This document shows positions 28,916 to 32,000 of a DNA stretch of 32,000 nucleotides, in pieces; the stretch's first letter is position 1, and the number at the start of each line of letters is the position of its first letter. The position numbers and the translations under genes are program-made. The DNA comes from Candidatus Saccharimonadota bacterium (lineage in GTDB: Bacteria > Pseudomonadota > Gammaproteobacteria > Enterobacterales > Enterobacteriaceae_A): NCBI GenBank assembly GCA_030849405.1, contig CP116499.1, forward strand, positions 30,001-62,000, given 5' to 3'. Below the pieces are notes generated by a model. That model was not told the origin of the DNA, ran no database searches, and was given only the letters and a program-made list of their open reading frames with translations.

Positions 28916-30193
28916 ATGTATATTAAAATAACAAAAAAAAAATTTGATAAAAAATACATTTGGCATCCTTATACTTCAATAATTAAACCTTTAAAATGTT
29001 ATAATATTTTAAATGCAAAAGGAGTAATATTAAAATTATCAAATGGTATTAATCTAATAGATGGAATGTCTTCTTGGTGGGCATGTATACATGGTTATAA
29101 TAATAAATTACTTAATAAAGCAATAAATAAACAAATTAAAAAAATTTCACATATTATGTTTGGAGGATTTAATCATACAGAAGCTATAAAACTATGTAAT
29201 AATTTAATAAATTTAACACCTAAAAAATTACAATGTGTTTTTTTAGCAGATTCTGGTTCAGTTTCAATAGAAATAGCATTAAAAATGTCATTACAATATT
29301 GGCAAACAAAAGGTGAATTTAGAAAAAAAATTTTAACAATAAAAAATGGATATCATGGTGATACATTTGGTGCTATGTCAGTATGTGATCCTATAAATTC
29401 AATGCATAATATATATAAAAAATACTTACCTCAACATATTTTTGCTGAAGCTCCAAAATGTAAATTTAACGAAATATGGGATGAAAATGATATTAAATCT
29501 TTTAAATTTTTATTAAAAAAATATTCTAAAAATATTGCATGTGTTATATTAGAACCAATTATACAATGTGCAGGTGGAATGAAAATATATAACCCGATAT
29601 ATTTAAAAAAAATAAGTTTATTATGTAAAAAATATAAAATTTTATTAATATTAGATGAAATAGCTACTGGTTTTGGACGTACTGGTAAATTATTTGCTTA
29701 TGAATATGCTGGTATTATTCCAGATATATTATGTTTAGGAAAATCATTAACTGGTGGTTATATGACTTTAGCAGCTACTATTACAACAAAAAAAATAGCA
29801 TATACAATTAGTAATAGTAAATCAGGATGTTTTATGCATGGACCGACATTTATGGGTAATCCTATTGCATGTTCTGTAGCTAATGCTAATATTAAAATTA
29901 TAAATAAAAAAAAATGGATTAAAAAAGTTAAATATATAGAAAATTGTTTTAAAAAAAATTTAATACCATTAATTAAATCAAATAAAATATTAGATATTAG
30001 AATATTAGGTGCAATAGGAATTATAGAAACTATTAATTTTATTGATATTAATAAAATACAAAATTTTTTAATTAATAATGGTGTTTGGATAAGACCTTTT
30101 AGAAAATTAATTTATTTAACACCTCCATATATAATTAAAAAAAAAGAATTAAATACTTTAATTAATTCAATTATATCTATATTTAATAATTAG
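28916..30193 (+). CDS. bioA: adenosylmethionine-8-amino-7-oxononanoate aminotransferase (DAPA synthase)
   Basis: 425 aa, with IWHPYTS, WWACIHGYN, the PLP-Lys region ILCLGKSLTGGY, and DEIATGFGRTGKLFA. It is divergent from bioB as in the E. coli bio locus. It ends in TAG, the only TAG stop in the window. Confidence 0.95.
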   Translation: MYIKITKKKFDKKYIWHPYTSIIKPLKCYNILNAKGVILKLSNGINLIDGMSSWWACIHGYNNKLLNKAINKQIKKISHIMFGGFNHTEAIKLCNNLINLTPKKLQCVFLADSGSVSIEIALKMSLQYWQTKGEFRKKILTIKNGYHGDTFGAMSVCDPINSMHNIYKKYLPQHIFAEAPKCKFNEIWDENDIKSFKFLLKKYSKNIACVILEPIIQCAGGMKIYNPIYLKKISLLCKKYKILLILDEIATGFGRTGKLFAYEYAGIIPDILCLGKSLTGGYMTLAATITTKKIAYTISNSKSGCFMHGPTFMGNPIACSVANANIKIINKKKWIKKVKYIENCFKKNLIPLIKSNKILDIRILGAIGIIETINFIDINKIQNFLINNGVWIRPFRKLIYLTPPYIIKKKELNTLINSIISIFNN

Positions 30194-30285
30194 TATAAAT
30201 ATAAAATTAATTAATTTAAATTAAAATATTTAAATAATTTTTAAAATAAATAAAATGTAATTTAATAATATATTTTAAGAATATA

Positions 30286-32000
30286 ATGATTAAAAATTTA
30301 AATGAAATTCGTGAAATTTTTTTAAAATTTTTCAAATTTAAAAAACATAAAATTATAAAAAGTAGTAAATTAATTCCAAAAAATGATAATACTATACTTT
30401 TTACTAATTCAGGTATGAATCAATTTAAAAATGTTTTTTTAGGTTTAGAAAAAATAAAATATTCTAGAATTGCAACTTCACAACGTTGTATACGGGTAGG
30501 AGGAAAACATAATGATTTTAAAAATGTCGGTAAAACTTCTAGACATCATACTTTTTTTGAAATGTTAGGTAATTTTAGTTTTAATGATTATTTTAAGTTT
30601 GATGCTATTAATTATGCTTGGGAATTATTAACTAGTCAAAAATGGTTTAATTTACCTAAAAATAAATTATTAGTTACTGTATATTCTTCTGATAAAGAAA
30701 CATATAATATATGGAATAAATGTATTAAAATTCCTAAAAATAAAATTATAATAATTGGTGATAATAAAAATATTCCATTTAAATCAGATAATTTTTGGCA
30801 AACAGGGAAAAATTATCCATGTGGACCTTGTACTGAAATTTTTTATGATAAAGGTTGTCATATTAATGGAAATTTACCAGGTCAAAAAAATATAGGTGAA
30901 AGATATATTGAAATATGGAATATTGTGTTTATACAATTTATTCTTCAATATAATGGTAATATTAAACCTTTACCTAATTTATCTATAGATACAGGAATGG
31001 GTTTAGAAAGAATAACTTCTATATTACAAGGAGTAAATTCAAATTATGAAATTAATTCATTCAAAAAAATAGTAAATAAAATAAAAAAAAATTCAAATAA
31101 TAAAAATATTAATATACAATCAGTTTATATTATATCTGATCATATTAGAGCAATAGTTTTTTTAATTTTAGATGGTATTATACCATCTAATGAAAAAAGA
31201 GGTTATGTATTAAGGAGAATAATAAGAAGAGCATTAAGACATGGTAATAAATTAGGTATTAAAAATTTTTTTTTATATAAATTAATAAATTATTTATCAG
31301 ATTTTTTTGGTGATCAATATACAAAATTTATTACTAATAAAAAAAAAATACAAAAAATAATTAAATATGAAGAACAAAAATTTATATATTCTTTAAAAAA
31401 TGGTTTAAAATTATTAAATTTAGAATTTAAAAATATTAAAAATGGAATATTAAATGGAAAAATAATATTTAATTTATATAATACATATGGTTTTCCTATT
31501 GATTTAATTGAGGAAATTTGTATTGAAAAAAATATAAAAATTGATAGAATTAAGTTTAATTTATTAATGAATGAACAACGTTTAAAAACAAAAAATATAA
31601 ATAAATTTAAAATAAAACATAAAAATATAATTAATTATAATTACTATAATATTTTAAAAAAAAAAAATTTAAAAATAATAGCTATTTTTTATAAATTTAA
31701 TTTAATAAATAAAATTTATTATAATGAAAAAGCAATTATAATATTAAATAATAATTATTTATATTATAAAAAAAAAATACAAATTGGAGATCAAGGTATA
31801 TTAATAAAATTAAATAATATGTTTTTAATATATAATATTAAAAAATATAATAAAACAATTTTATATTTTGGTATTTTAATTAAAGGAAAATTTAAAAATA
31901 ATGATTATATTAAGATTATTATTAATAAAAAAAACCATTATAGTATTTTAAAAAATCATTCAGTTACTCATTTATTATATAATAATTTAAAAAAAATTTT
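30286..32000 (+). CDS. alaS: alanyl-tRNA synthetase; 3' end lies beyond the window (absent from the ORF track because no stop is reached)
   Basis: My own translation from ATG 30286 gives MIKNLNEIREIFLKFFKFKKHKIIKSSKLIPKNDNTILFTNSGMNQFKNVFLG...SQRCIRVGGKHNDFKNVGKTSRHHTFFEMLGNFSFNDYF...NFWQTGKNYPCGPCTEIFYD...RYIEIWNIVFIQF...DTGMGLERI...GYVLRRIIRRALRHG...KNHSVTHLL. It is colinear with E. coli AlaRS. The frame was checked at 30841, 31201, 31501 and 31951, with no in-frame stop seen to nt 31998. Confidence 0.92.
   Translation, partial: MIKNLNEIREIFLKFFKFKKHKIIKSSKLIPKNDNTILFTNSGMNQFKNVFLGLEKIKYSRIATSQRCIRVGGKHNDFKNVGKTSRHHTFFEMLGNFSFNDYFKFDAINYAWELLTSQKWFNLPKNKLLVTVYSSDKETYNIWNKCIKIPKNKIIIIGDNKNIPFKSDNFWQTGKNYPCGPCTEIFYDKGCHINGNLPGQKNIGERYIEIWNIVFIQFILQYNGNIKPLPNLSIDTGMGLERITSILQGVNSNYEINSFKKIVNKIKKNSNNKNINIQSVYIISDHIRAIVFLILDGIIPSNEKRGYVLRRIIRRALRHGNKLGIKNFFLYKLINYLSDFFGDQYTKFITNKKKIQKIIKYEEQKFIYSLKNGLKLLNLEFKNIKNGILNGKIIFNLYNTYGFPIDLIEEICIEKNIKIDRIKFNLLMNEQRLKTKNINKFKIKHKNIINYNYYNILKKKNLKIIAIFYKFNLINKIYYNEKAIIILNNNYLYYKKKIQIGDQGILIKLNNMFLIYNIKKYNKTILYFGILIKGKFKNNDYIKIIINKKNHYSILKNHSVTHLLYNNLKKI

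Overview
This window is a densely packed housekeeping region from an extremely AT-rich, highly reduced gammaproteobacterial (Enterobacterales-like) endosymbiont genome. G+C looks well under 20% by eye but was not computed. Proteins are Lys/Asn/Ile-rich and colinear with their E. coli orthologues, and the standard genetic code applies. I can support 24 protein-coding genes: ribB (5' partial), def, asnS, rsmA, lipA, ftsH, rlmE, glnS, dnaQ, gltX, pfkA, prfB, lysS, gyrB, an mdfA-like MFS transporter, holA, leuS, aceF, aceE, bioD, bioB, bioA and alaS. alaS is 3' partial and absent from the ORF track because it runs off the window. I also support three tRNA genes (Val-GAC, initiator Met-CAT, Phe-GAA) and the RNase P RNA gene rnpB, none of which are in the ORF track, plus one roughly 58-bp tandem duplication in an intergenic region. 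The only G+C-rich islands are the four RNA genes. I found no mobile elements, CRISPR arrays, toxin/defence modules, or unexplained multi-gene cluster, so I see no convincing novel system here. The points worth a second look are signatures of reductive evolution. (1) RF2 has its SPF tripeptide anticodon replaced by NLF. (2) RF2 lacks the programmed +1 frameshift site, and an in-frame A15 run sits exactly where that site lies in E. coli. (3) Several in-frame homopolymer runs of 14 to 25 A occur inside essential genes. (4) The biotin locus is cut down to bioA/bioB/bioD. (5) tRNA-Phe has G37, and no tRNA gene here encodes CCA. (6) def is C-terminally truncated and abuts asnS. (7) lptE is deleted between leuS and holA. 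(8) An mdfA-type transporter is retained behind a duplicated intergenic segment.
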